This document shows, piece after piece, positions 38,881 through 50,846 of a stretch of 64,000 nt of DNA. Both the position numbers and the translations under genes were made by a program. The stretch spans positions 67,580,001-67,644,000 of the forward strand of contig NC_043010.1 of assembly GCF_006345805.1 (NCBI RefSeq), written 5' to 3'. Source of the stretch: Octopus sinensis. Taxonomy: Eukaryota. A model generated the notes under the pieces. That model had not been told where the DNA came from. It made no database searches and saw only the letters and a list, made by a program, of their open reading frames with translations. Positions within the stretch are counted from its first letter, which is position 1; each line of letters starts with the position of its first letter.

Positions 38881-39253
38881 AAAATAATCGTTCCTTCTAA
38901 AGGTACAAAGCCTAAAATTTGAGGGAAGTGGGGGTAGCAGTCGATTACATCGATCCCCAGTACTCAACTGGTACTTATTTCATCGACCTCGAAAACATGA
39001 AAAAAAACAGTCGACTCCGGCGGAATTTGAACTCGGGAACGTAGCGACGGGCGTCCAGCGTGCTAACGATTCAGACAGCTTGCCGCCATAAAACTGGAAA
39101 ACAATACATTTTTATACTAATTTTCTTCTTTTTTTTTTCAGTTTATTTTCAGCATTTGTCGTTCTATTCCTTCGGTATGCGGCTCTTAATGCTTTCATCA
39201 TCAAACTGGGTTTCAATGCAGCTGGTTCTCCAACATTAACCTGGAGCCGTCCA

Positions 39254-39523
39254 TACTCTTTTACTCTTTTACTTGTTTCAGTCATTTGACTGCGGCCATG
39301 CTGGAGCACCGCCTTTAGTCGAGCAAATCGACCCCGGGACTTATTCTTTTTGTAAGCCCCAGTACTTATTCTATCGGTCTCTTTTGCCGAACCGCTAAGT
39401 GGCGGGAATGTAAACACACCAGCATCGGTTGTCATGCAATGCTAGGGGGACAAACACAGACACACAAACATACACGCCATACAAATAGATATATATATAT
39501 AATATATATATCATATATATATA

Positions 39524-39556
<33 letters not shown>

Positions 39557-39736
39557 AGATATATATATATATAGGACGGGCGTCTTTCAGTTCCGTCCAC
39601 CAAATCCACTCACAAGGCTTTGGTCGGCCCGAGGCTATAGTAGAAGAGAGTTGCCCAAGGTGCCACGCAGTGGGACTGAACCCGGAACCATGTGGTTGGT
39701 AAACAAGCTACTTACCACAAAGCCACTCCTGCGCCT
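39254..39736 (-). mobile_element. SINE-B full length
   Basis: Reverse complement of family consensus. Confidence 0.9.
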
Positions 39737-39832
39737 ATGTTTTTTTTTTGTTTGTTTTGTTTTTGTTTTTGTTTTTTGTTTGTTTGTTGTTGTTTTTTGT
39801 TTTTGGGGTTTTTTTTAGATTACGAAGACAAC

Positions 39833-40050
39833 ATACCGGACAGCATCGCAACTTTCCCCTTTCGAAAGTAGCAAGTCCTCATCTGGGATGCAACTCGCAG
39901 GGATACTCTACCCAGCTACGTTTGGCGAAATCAAGATCGGATCCAGATTTCATCGCCCGACAGACGGAGGAATGCAAGTTTAAAAAAGCACTCCGATAAG
40001 GTTTCTTTTCCTCATGGTGTCGATGAAAAAACATCCGCTGGCCTGGAACT
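39833..40050 (+). mobile_element. CRE-like RLE endonuclease fragment of a non-LTR retrotransposon
   Basis: In-frame PDSIATFPFRK*QVLIWDATRRDTLPSYV resembles the PDGxTxxP(W/F)xxGxxLxWDATxxDTxAxSY motif; not in ORF track because of the stop. Confidence 0.6.
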
Positions 40051-40140
40051 CACGAACCATCTCCCTACTGAATTTGCTAATATAAATGATAGAATGGTTA
40101 ACTTACATAGGCGTAGGCGTGGCTGTGTGGTAAGAAGCTC

Positions 40141-40738
40141 GAAGGCGGTGAGCTGGCAGAATCATTAGCACGCAGGGCGAAATGCTTAGCGGTATTTCGT
40201 CTGCCGTTACGTTGTGAGATCAAATTCCGCTGAGGTCGACTTTGCCTTTCATCCATTCGGGGTCGATAAATTAAGTACCAGTTACGCACTGGGATCGATG
40301 CAATCGACTTAATACCTTTGTCTGTCCTTGTTTGTCCCCTCTGTTTAGCCCCTTGTGGTTAAAAAAGAAATGGGTATTTCGTCTGCCGCTACGTTCTGAG
40401 TTCAAATTCCGCCGAGGTCGACTTTGCCTTTTATCCTTTCGGGGTCGATAAATTAAGTACCAGTTACGCACTGGGGTCGATGTAATCGACTTAATACCTA
40501 TGTCTGTCCTTGTTTGTCCCCTCTGTGTTTAGCCCCTTCTGGGTAGTAAAGAAATAGGTATTTCGTCTGCCGCTACGTTCTGAGTTCAAATTCCGCCGAG
40601 GTCGACTTTGCCTTTTATCCTTTCGGGGTCGATTAAATAAGTACCAGTTACGCACTGGGGTTGATGTAATCGACTTAATACCTTTGTCTGTCCTTGTATG
40701 TCCCCTCTGTGTATATCCCCTTGTGAGCAGTAAAGAAA
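40141..40738 (+). mobile_element. SINE-A head-B-B-B inserted into a SINE-B head
   Basis: TSD TAAGAAGCT at 40131-40139 and 40739-40747. Confidence 0.85.
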
Positions 40739-40854
40739 TAAGAAGCTTGCTTCCCAACCACATGGTTTTGGGTTCAATGTCTTCTACTATAGCCTCGGGT
40801 CGCCTAAAGCCTTGTGAGTGAATTTGGTAGACAGAAACTGAAAAAATCCTGTCG

Positions 40855-40874
<20 letters not shown>

Positions 40875-40885
<11 letters not shown>

Positions 40886-41215
40886 AAATATTAGGGAATA
40901 AATCCAAACTTACGGGGGAAAATCAGATAGGATTAAATACCATTTTATAGTAAAATATATTATATTATATTATATTAAATTAGAGATAAAACCACTATTA
41001 GGCAAATCAAACAATGAAAAACATAAGCCAATACATAAAATTAATTAATTTATATTATTTTAAATATATATCAAAAGTATTATAAGTTTAATAAAAGATA
41101 AAGAGTAAAACACTACGATCGTTTCATGGCTGTACAATTCGTAATAATTCGAGTTATGGTTACAGTCAATCTTCAGGTTAATTGAAATATTTATCTAAGC
41201 GAGGTTTAGCAATGA
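40875..41215 (-). mobile_element. Penelope-like element terminal (pLTR-like) remnant, family A
   Basis: Homologous to 62830-63075; carries a hammerhead motif; abuts (TA)n. Confidence 0.55.
41108..41180 (-). ncRNA. Hammerhead ribozyme motif, core intact, stem I weakened
   Basis: Minus strand CTGAAGA-TTGACTGTA..TACAGCCAT-GAAA-CGATCG-TA-GTG; palindromic stem III ACGATCGT. Confidence 0.55.
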
Positions 41216-41224
41216 ACATATATA

Positions 41225-41441
41225 CAGTAACCCCTCTACTATCCCGGGCGTTACGTTCCATAAACCCCCGCGATAGGTGAAATACCGCGGAGTAGAAAAA
41301 GTACTGTATATTTTTTTTATTATTTTTATAATTTCTATGTATTTATTTTATTATAAATGCAAAACACCACCATGGAGGAATCAACGTAAGCTTAAATAAT
41401 AAACCGCGATAGGTGAACCGCGAAATGGCGAGGGACTACTG
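41225..41441. mobile_element. Tigger/pogo-like MITE
   Basis: TA|CAGTAACCCCTC ... GAGGGACTACTG|TA. Confidence 0.75.
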
Positions 41442-41455
41442 TATATATATGTATA

Positions 41456-41513
<58 letters not shown>

Positions 41514-42685
41514 CGTGTGCGTGCGTGCGTGTTTTTGTGTCTGTGGTTATCCCCCCTCCCCATCACCGCTTGATAACCGGTGTTGGTGTGTTCACGTCCC
41601 CGTAACTTATCGGTTCGGCAAAAGAGCCCGATAAAACAAATACTAGGCTTTTAAAAGTGTCCTAGGGTCGATTTGTTTGATCAAAACCCATCAAGGCGGT
41701 GCTCCAACGTGGCCACAGTCAAATAAGTGAAACAAGTAAAAGAATACCGGACAAAATGCTTAGCGGCATTTCGTCCGCTTCTTTTGGATTCGATAAAACA
41801 AGTACCAGTTGAGCATTTGGGTTGACGTATTCGACTAGCTTCCTCCCCTAAAAAAGTTCAGGTTTTGTGCCTACAACGGAAAGAATTATTATTGCGCCGA
41901 AAATTTGAAACCCATTTTATTTTTTAACCATGAGTTTAAAGCAGTATTCATGACCCTTCATAGGGTCTCCCAGACTAGTGAGACGGAGGGAGGGAGAAAG
42001 GGACGGACGGATAGAGAGAGTGGGGTGGCTGGTATTCTAAGAGCGATGATCTGATTTGAATGTTTACAATAGAATGGGGTCCACTAAAAGTACTTTGAAA
42101 AGATTTGAACTCATAACTCAAAGAGCTAGAAGGAATACAGCAAAGCATCCGGTCCGACATGACATTCTTATAATTCCACCAGCTCACCGCTTTGGATCGA
42201 GGCTTTTCTTTTTTTTTTTCTTTTAGCGAACCCTGTAAGGATAAACGGTAAAGCTGACATAGGAGGAATTTGAACTCAGAGCACTGAGTATCAAAACAAA
42301 TTAGCTCCGCGAGAAAGAACGGTTCTTTCGGAGCTTCTTCCTAATTATTCTTCAGATTAACACAATCGCCACTTTGTCAGTCGAGGGCTACAAAACATCG
42401 TGCATAAAATGCATGCAGATATTATATATATTATAGATATATATATTATATATATATATATATATATAGATTAGATATATATATATATTATAATATATGT
42501 TATATATATATAAATACGTGGTCGGTATCTCTTAGATACCGTAAATTATAATTTTAATAATATTACCTTTGAAGGTTTTTATTCCCATGCCTTGCCACTG
42601 GATAAGTCGATATTTAAATAACGATCTTATCCTGTATTTTTAAATTAATTATATATACATACGCACACACACACACACACACACA

Positions 42686-42743
<58 letters not shown>

Positions 42744-43322
42744 TATAGAGCTCAAGGATAGTATATACCTACATACATTACATATATATATATATATATT
42801 ATATATATATAAGTAAATAAAGAGATTTTACTGCGAATATAATACAAGGGAAATAACTCTTCAAATTGCAAGTGTTACTTCCCTTTACTATCTTAAGTAC
42901 TTGCCGTTGATATGAGAAGATCCATTATTAGCAAAATTCGAAATGATGTTTACCAGTCAAAAACATCTTCGATCACAAGATTTTGTTTTGCTTTGACACT
43001 AAATTTCAATAGAATTTCAAGAGACTAGAATCTCCAAATATTTTAACCAGGAAAAAAAAAAACAGGTACAATATTTTGCTTATTTACATTTGTCGCTAGG
43101 AAATTCTATCAAGGTCGACTTTGCTTTTCAGCATTTTGGGGTCGATAAATTAAGTACCAGTGAAATACTGGGATCGATGGAATCGTCTAGCCCCGCCCCC
43201 ACAAAATTTCAGGCCTTGTGTCTTTAGTAGAAAGGGTTATATTTGTTGTTAGGACCAGGATGGTTACGACGGAATTGGTAGAGCAGTGCAGACAAAGTCT
43301 GTAGTAATATTTAGTAATATCT

Positions 43323-43525
43323 TGGCAGAAACGTTAGTACGCCGGGCGAAATGCGTAGCCGTATTTCGTCTGCCGCTACGTTCTGAGTTCAAATTCTGCC
43401 GAAGTCGACTTTGCCTTTCATCCTTTCGGAATCGATAAGTTAAGTATCAGTTGCGCACTGGGGTCGACCTAATCGACTGACCCCACTCCCCAGAAATTTC
43501 GGGCCTTGAGCCTGGAGCAGAAAAG
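43323..43525 (+). mobile_element. SINE-A monomer with 17-bp TSD, nested in an older related SINE
   Basis: AATATTTAGTAATATCT at 43306-43322 and 43526-43542. Confidence 0.85.
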
Positions 43526-43889
43526 AATATTTAGTAATATCTCTCTACGTTTGGAGCTTAAAGTACGCCTGGATCGATTTTGACTTCCATCCGTTTGGAA
43601 TTAATAAAACGAAAAGACACCGGTCAAATACAGGGTGGATAGAAGGGGCGGTATCCAATCCCTTAAAATTCAGTGTCCTCAGATTATATAATGCAATACG
43701 AGCATGGACAACTTTTTACGAGAATATATATATATATATATTTAAAATGATAATTTAGTGTATCTAAGAGATACCATCACGCTGCAAATAGCAGTCAAAA
43801 CTTGACTCTAATACCACATTAAATGTTCATACAGCACTAGGAGAGAAGACAAAGAGACACAATAAACTAGCAAAAAAAATTACTGGATA

Positions 43890-43948
43890 ATTCCAGATCC
43901 CGGATTTCTGATTTTGCATAAGAAATGCTTTGCCTTCATCAGTGGAAT
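43890..43948 (-). ncRNA. Minimal type I hammerhead ribozyme motif, catalytic core intact
   Basis: Minus strand ATTCCA-CTGATGA-27nt-GAAA-TCCGGGA-TC-TGGAAT; perfect 6-bp stem I, near-palindromic stem III, AUC cleavage triplet; stem II weak. Confidence 0.6.
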
Positions 43949-44451
43949 ACACCCAGATAGCACATAAATACATATATATATATATATATATGTGTGTGTA
44001 TGTATGTATGTATGTATATATACAACATACGATATAATTACATATATGGACGTATATACATACATATATATGCACGTATGCACACGACCATTTTAAATTG
44101 CCCGCCTTAAAACTCCTCGCGCAATATGGTCAGAATAAGCACCGCTGTGAATATAATGACGAAATAAATATATAAATAAGGTTAAGATCGATTCTTAAAA
44201 TATCGATCCTATCAGGTGGCCGGCATGGGAATAAAAATCTTTCAATGGTAATAATTTTAAATAATTATTACCTTTGAAAGGTTTTTATTCCATTGCTCGC
44301 CACTTGTTGATAGGATCGATATTTTAAATATCAATCTTATCCTTATACAACACACACACACACCACACACACACCACACAACACATACACATACATACAT
44401 ACATACATACATAAAATATATATATATATACATACTACATACATACATACA

Positions 44452-44487
<36 letters not shown>

Positions 44488-44694
44488 TATATAAAACATA
44501 ACATACATACATACATACATACATACATACATACATACTACATACATATACATACATATATATATATACAGTAATGAATTGATTGCATCGCATCATTAAC
44601 ATTTATGTTTAACTTTGTTGGGTACTTCAATAGCAGTATATTGGATATTCGTTATCCCATAGAGGGTTGCATTTACAACCCCTATCTCAATTTG

Positions 44695-44749
<55 letters not shown>

Positions 44750-44782
44750 ATATTATATGTATGTATGTATGTATGTATGTAT

Positions 44783-44835
<53 letters not shown>

Positions 44836-45119
44836 GGAGAGAAGCAATGAACAATATTAGTCCTAAATATGCAAAATAACAGGATGGTCATGACTGGAAG
44901 GCTTTGATTATAGGTTCTCCTTAATGTTATAGTATTAAACACATTGCACCAGTATTTCAAAGGGGCCAGCCTTGTCACATTCTGTGTCATACTGAATTTC
45001 ACTAAGAACTACATTAAGGGTTCGCGTGTCTGTGGAGTGCTCAGCCACTTGCATGCTAATTACATGTGCAAGTTGTTCCGTCGACAAGATCAACTGGCAC
45101 TCCGTCGGTTTTTGAAATA

Positions 45120-45262
45120 TTGGTACAATGTGTTTTTGCCGGTAGAGTGGACTGGAGCATCGGGAAATAAAGTGTCTTGCTCAAAGACCTCACACCCCGC
45201 TGGGAATCGAACTCGCAACCTTACGATCGTGTGGCGAATACTCCAAACCACCAAGCCACGTC
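45120..45262 (-). mobile_element. SINE-E (tRNA head plus GAGCAAGACAC motif)
   Basis: B-box GAGTTCGATTCCC; related copy at about 13535-13636(-). Confidence 0.6.
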
Positions 45263-46214
45263 CCTTCACTAATTACTAAATAAGTTGATGACAGTATGCA
45301 GTACCACCAGTGAATTTAGTAACATGTACCATGCTTTCGCTAGTTGTTGTAGGTGCCTATGTAGTCGCGAGCAGACATAGACACCCTCCCGGGTCGAAAC
45401 GAGAGGAGTGGGCGCGGCTGTCAGGTCGCTGGTGATTTGGCTGACTGGATATTTAACGTGGTGTGGCGACAGTACTTTTTGGCACTGGAGGGAAACGGGC
45501 ACACACACGCTCGCACGCATGCCTGTGCGCAGAAATATACACATGCACGTAGCGAGAGATGAGTAAGACATTACATTTTACTTTGTTGGCCCTGAAAGGA
45601 TGAAAGGCAAAGTCTATCCTGGTGGAATTTGAACTTAAAACGTAAAGGACTGAAAGAAATACTGCGAAGCATTTTGTCTGACGTTCTAACGATCCTGATC
45701 AAACGTCTAAACAGAGAGAGAAAAGGGGATGGAGAGAAGGGGAGGCATGGAGTGAGGGACGGATAGAGTGAGGGAGGGAGGGATGGATAGAGGAAGGGAG
45801 GGAGGGAGGGAAAGAGGGAAGGATGGAGGGAGGGAGGGAGGGAATGAGGGAGAGATGGATGGATGGAGTTAGGGAGGGAGGGAGGGATGGAGTGAGGGAG
45901 AGATGGATGGATGGAGTTAGGGAGGGAGGGATAGATGTAGTGAGGGAGGGATGGAGTGAGGGAGAGAGTGAGAGAGAAATGAAGAGGGGAGAGAAACATT
46001 AAAACGTCCGATGTCAAATAAGTCAGCGCCGAATTAGCGACACCAAATAGGCTGTGCTCAAACGGCTGTGCCGAAACGTCTCACACGTCACTCTCGGTCC
46101 ACTCACCCTGGACCTATCAGAACATTCAGGGTGTGACTACTGGAAGGGGACAGAGATGCGTCTATATGCTGAGTAATGCTGGAGAAAAGTGAAATTAAGT
46201 ATCAAACAAATTAA

Positions 46215-46286
<72 letters not shown>

Positions 46287-46442
46287 TACGACAGGCTTCT
46301 TTCAGTTTCCCTCTACCAGATCCACTCACAAGGCATTGGTCGGTAGACAGGGGTGCTGCATGCTGGCGCAGCAACCCCGGGGCTATAGCAGAAGACACTT
46401 GCCCAAGATGCCACGCAGTGGGACTGAAAGAAGCCTGTCGTA

Positions 46443-46489
<47 letters not shown>

Positions 46490-47253
46490 TTGTGTGTTTG
46501 TCCCCCTAGCATTGCTTGACAACCGATGCTGGTGTGTTTACGTCCCCGTCACTTAGCGGTTCGGCAAAAGAGACCGATAGAATAAGTGCTGGGCTTACAA
46601 AAGAATAAGTCCCGGGGTCGAGTTGCTCGATTAAAGGCGGTGCTCCAGCATGGCCGCAGTCAAATGACTGAAACAAGTAAAAGAGTAAAAGAGTAAAGAG
46701 AGAATAAAGAAAATCTGAAAAACTGTTTTCTTGTAAAAAGTGTCACTGCGTGCGGAGCGGGTCTCGTAACACTCGTAGCAGGAGACAGTTTTCTTCAAAG
46801 CCTTAGATGTAAAAATACTTTCTGTGGTTAACGGAAATAAAGTTTTGAGCGCTTATATCCGCTTTTGGCATTCAAAGGATTGATTAAATCTCAAAGGAAA
46901 ACACACACACACACACACATTCACACACACACACACACACACACACCACACACCACACCACACACACACATTCACACACACACACACACACACATACGCA
47001 CACCGATTCAGATAAGCAAGAATCTGAATTCTGAAAAAGGACACAAAAAAAAACCGCAAGACTTCCTTTTGTACCCCCACCACACACACACACACCCGCA
47101 CACAAAAAAAAACACACCTTTTTTATTTAATTTTTTTTTCTACGGAGAATACGAAGCTGCAAAAAAATTGGTAAAAATCAGCATTTTGAAATTACCCTCT
47201 CCCCACCTAAATTCTTCATTTTAAACTTTTTTCAGAATTTTTTTTTTTCAAAA

Positions 47254-47425
47254 GGCGCAGGAGTGGCTGTGTGGTAAGTAGCTTGCTAACCAACCACATG
47301 GTTCCGGGTTCAGTGTCACTGCGTGGCACCTTGGGCAAGTGTCTTCTACTATAGCCTCGGGCCGACCAAAGCCTTGTGAGTGGATTTGGTAGAGGGGAAA
47401 CTGAAAGAAGCCTGTCGTATATATG

Positions 47426-47456
<31 letters not shown>

Positions 47457-47640
47457 ATGTTTGTGTGTCTGTGTTTGTCCCTCTAGCATTGCTTGACAAC
47501 CGATGCGGGTGTGTTTACGTCCCCGTCACCTAACGGTTCGGCAAAAAAGAACGATAGAATAAGTACTGGGCTTACAAAGAATAAGCTCGACTAAAGGCGG
47601 TGCTCCAGCATGGCCGCAGTCAAATGACTGAAACAAATAA
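47254..47640 (+). mobile_element. SINE-B (tRNA head, CORE-like segment, internal microsatellite); possibly octopus OR2-related
   Basis: A-box TGGCTGTGTGG, B-box GGTTCAGT, GCACCTTGGGCAAGTGTC resembling the CORE motif, (TA/TG)n middle; other copies end in an (AAAGAGTA)n tail. Confidence 0.85.
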
Positions 47641-47700
47641 AAAGAAAGAAAAAAAAAAAAAAGAAAAATATGCGTGAAAAAATTTCTAAAAAATTTTCTA

Positions 47701-47792
47701 CTTAGGGTTAGGGTTTTATGGTTAGGATTAGGGTTTTAGCGTTTGGGTTAGGGCTAGAGTTTTAGGGTTAGGGTTAGGGTTGGGGTTTTAGG
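47701..47792 (+). repeat. Degenerate interstitial (TTAGGG)n repeat
   Basis: About 15 perfect or variant TTAGGG units. Confidence 0.8.
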
Positions 47793-48183
47793 GTTAGGGT
47801 TACGTAAAAAATGAAAAATGAAGAAGTTGTGGGGTGAGTTGGGGAGGGAGCAAAAAATTACAAAATTCCGATTTGGGGCAATTTTCCGGAATCTCCGTAC
47901 CCGAAAGCGTGGGCTTTTGGCAAAAAAATGTAAGAAAAACAATAATTTGCGAGAGAATTGGGGTGGGGAGGAAGTCTTTCCAAAAAAAAATTAACCCTTT
48001 GACTGTGTAATTAAATCTGATGGTTATTCCTGTAACCATGTTAATAGATACAATTAATCGACAAAATGTGGTTTATAAAAACATGTGACATATTAATAAA
48101 AATCTGTAAATATAAAACCATCCAGATTTCTGAGTACCTTATTTCTTCTAATATGTATATATATATGTATGTATATATATGTA

Positions 48184-48387
48184 TACTCTTTACTCTTTTA
48201 CTTGTTTCAGTCATTTGACTGCGGCCATGATGGAGCACCGCCTTTAGTCGAGCAAATCAACCCCGTGACTTATTCTTTGTAAGCCCAGCACTTATTCTAT
48301 CGGTCTCTTTTGCCGAACCGCTAAGTGACGGGGACGTAAACACACCAGCATCGGTTGTCAAGCAATGCTAGGGGGACAAACACACAA

Positions 48388-48452
<65 letters not shown>

Positions 48453-48617
48453 TACGACAGGCTTCTTTCAGTTTCCCTCTACCAGATCCACTCACAAGGC
48501 ATTGGTCGGCCCGGGGCTATAGCAGAAGACACTTGCCCAAGATGCCACGCAGTGGGACTGAACCCGGAGCCATGTGGTTGGTTAGCAAGCTACTTACCAC
48601 ACAGCCACTCCTGCGCC
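48184..48617 (-). mobile_element. SINE-B full length
   Basis: Shares diagnostic variants with copies at 46289-46690 and 47254-47640. Confidence 0.9.
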
Positions 48618-48969
48618 TACGTGTATGTATATGTTTGTGTGTCTGTGTTTGTTCCCCCAACATCGCTTGACAACTGATGCTGGTGTGTTTGCGCCCCCGT
48701 AATTTAGCGGTTTAAGACAAAACCCATTTCCCCAGTTAACGGTAAGTTTGAGCAGATGTATCCGCTTTCCGCTTTAAAGGGTCAAACTCGCGAATATGCT
48801 TTAGAAAGCAGGAAGCCGCATGGTTCTCTGTATTAAGATGTTTCTGCTAAGGAACGAGCCTTAAAAAGAAAACCACGTTGCCACCCGCTTTTGTTTTCTA
48901 GAAGGAGTCAAACGAAATCCCATCTGCTGAAGTGTACTCGCGGGTTCAAAAGGTCAAGATATACATACT

Positions 48970-49020
<51 letters not shown>

Positions 49021-49268
49021 GAAAAAGGAGAAGAGAACGAAAAAAGGCAATAAAAGAAGGACAAAGGAAAGGCAAAAAAAAAAAAAGGGACAGAAAATAT
49101 CCATCAGCTTTAAAATAATTCGACGATTGTAGCGTGAAAGCCACTTACAAACACAAAATGACCATTAACTTCTCTTAAACGTTTATTGTTTGTAATATGA
49201 TATCAAAATTTTCGTCGGTCCAAGCTATGACTATTCGCTCACTGATAAAAACTGTGCTGTGTTGTAGT

Positions 49269-49696
49269 GGATCTTTTCGGCTTGAACGGCAGTTTTTTAA
49301 AAATAATTTCCACGTAACTAAACACTTTTAAACTTCGTATACTGGTAGAATGTGTTTATAAAACATCTTTTTCTCTTGGCTTTATTGAGAAAATTCTATA
49401 GTTTGTAAGATATTTGTTGTTGTTTTTCTTCAATTACTGCAATTTCAACCAATCAATGACGTCTATTGAGGTGAAATATGTCCTTCGTTTAAGAATGAAT
49501 ATGTCCCTCGTTTAAGAAACAGATTGGGTTTATTTACATTTCTGAATAAAAAAGATACCCTCCCCCCCATCTCTAACCCTAACCCTAACCCTAAAACAGA
49601 TTGAAATGCAATAGATCGATACTAGGGTCATAATTATGGGTGACAATTTCAAATGACACCGCTAGAAAAAAACTGCCGTTCAAACCGAAAAGATCC
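49269..49696. mobile_element. Second copy of the Merlin-like MITE
   Basis: Same TIRs and near-identical interior to 750-1171; flanks differ (no intact TSD). Confidence 0.85.
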
Positions 49697-49822
49697 ATAT
49701 TTGTTTCTAATAAAGGAGCGAGGCCTGAAATTTGTAGCAAGGGAATGGCTAGTCAGTTAAAACAATCTTTATATATAAATGGTATTCTATCGTTAGGCGT
49801 GGTTGTGTGATGAGAAGGTTCC

Positions 49823-50413
49823 GGTGAGCTGGCAGAAACGTTAGCACGCCGGGCAAAATGCTTAGCAGTATTTCGTTTGCCGTTACGTTCTGAGTTCAAA
49901 TTTCACCGAGGTCAATTTTGCTTTTCATCCTTTCGGGGTCGATTAAATAAGTACCAGTTACGCACTGGTGTCTATATAATCGACTTAATCCCTTTGTCTG
50001 TCCTTGTTTGTCCCATTTGTGTTTAGCCCCTTGTGGGCAATAAAGAAATAGGTATTTCGTCTGCCGTTACGTTCTGAGTTCAAATTCTGCCGAGGTCGAC
50101 TTTGCCTTTCATCCTTTCGGGGTCGATTAAATAAGTACCAGTTACGCACTGGTGTCTATATAATCGACTTAATCCCTTTGTTTGTCCCCTCTATGTTTAG
50201 CCCCTTGTGGGTAGTAAAGAAATAGGTATTTTATCTTTTATCTGTCGTTACATTCTGAGTTCAAATTCTGCCGAGGTCGACTTTGCCTTTCATCCTTTCG
50301 GGGTCGATAAATTAAGTACCAGTTACACACTGCGGTCGATGTAATCAACTTAATCCTTTTGTCTGTCCTTGTTTGTCCCCTCTATGTTTAACCCCTTGTG
50401 GACAATAAAGAAA
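49823..50413 (+). mobile_element. SINE-A head-B-B-B inserted into a SINE-B head
   Basis: Degenerate TSD TGAGAAGGTT (49811-49820) / TAAAAAGCTT (50414-50423). Confidence 0.8.
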
Positions 50414-50846
50414 TAAAAAGCTTGCTTCCAAACCACATGGTTTTGGGTTCAGTCCCAGTGCGTAGTGGCAACTTGGACAAGTGTCTTCTATAGCCTCGGG
50501 CCGATCAAAAGCTTGTGAGCGGCTTTGACAGACGGAAACTGAAAGAAGCCCGTTGTATATATGTGTGTGTGTTTGTTTGTCCACCTGCCATCGCTTGACA
50601 ACCAATGCTGTTGTGTTTATGATCCGTAACTTAGCGGTTCGGCAAAAGAGAGACCAAAAGACTAAGTACCGGGCTTACAAAGAATAAGTCCTGAGGTCGA
50701 TTTTTTCGACTAAAAAAACCTCTTTAAGGCGGTACTCCAGCAAGGCCGCAGTCAGATGATTGAAACTAGTAAAAGAATCCACCGAAAGGACGAAAGGTAA
50801 ATTTGACTTCAGAGGGAATTGAACTTCAGACTGCAAAGAGCCGTAA

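Noticed and set aside
38221-38967. Poly-Asp ORF resembling an acidic biomineralisation protein
   Set aside because: Pure triplet repeat open in several frames on both strands; no signal peptide or splice context
39148-39253. Possible exon after a polypyrimidine acceptor
   Set aside because: Short, no convincing donor, ends at a SINE, no recognisable peptide
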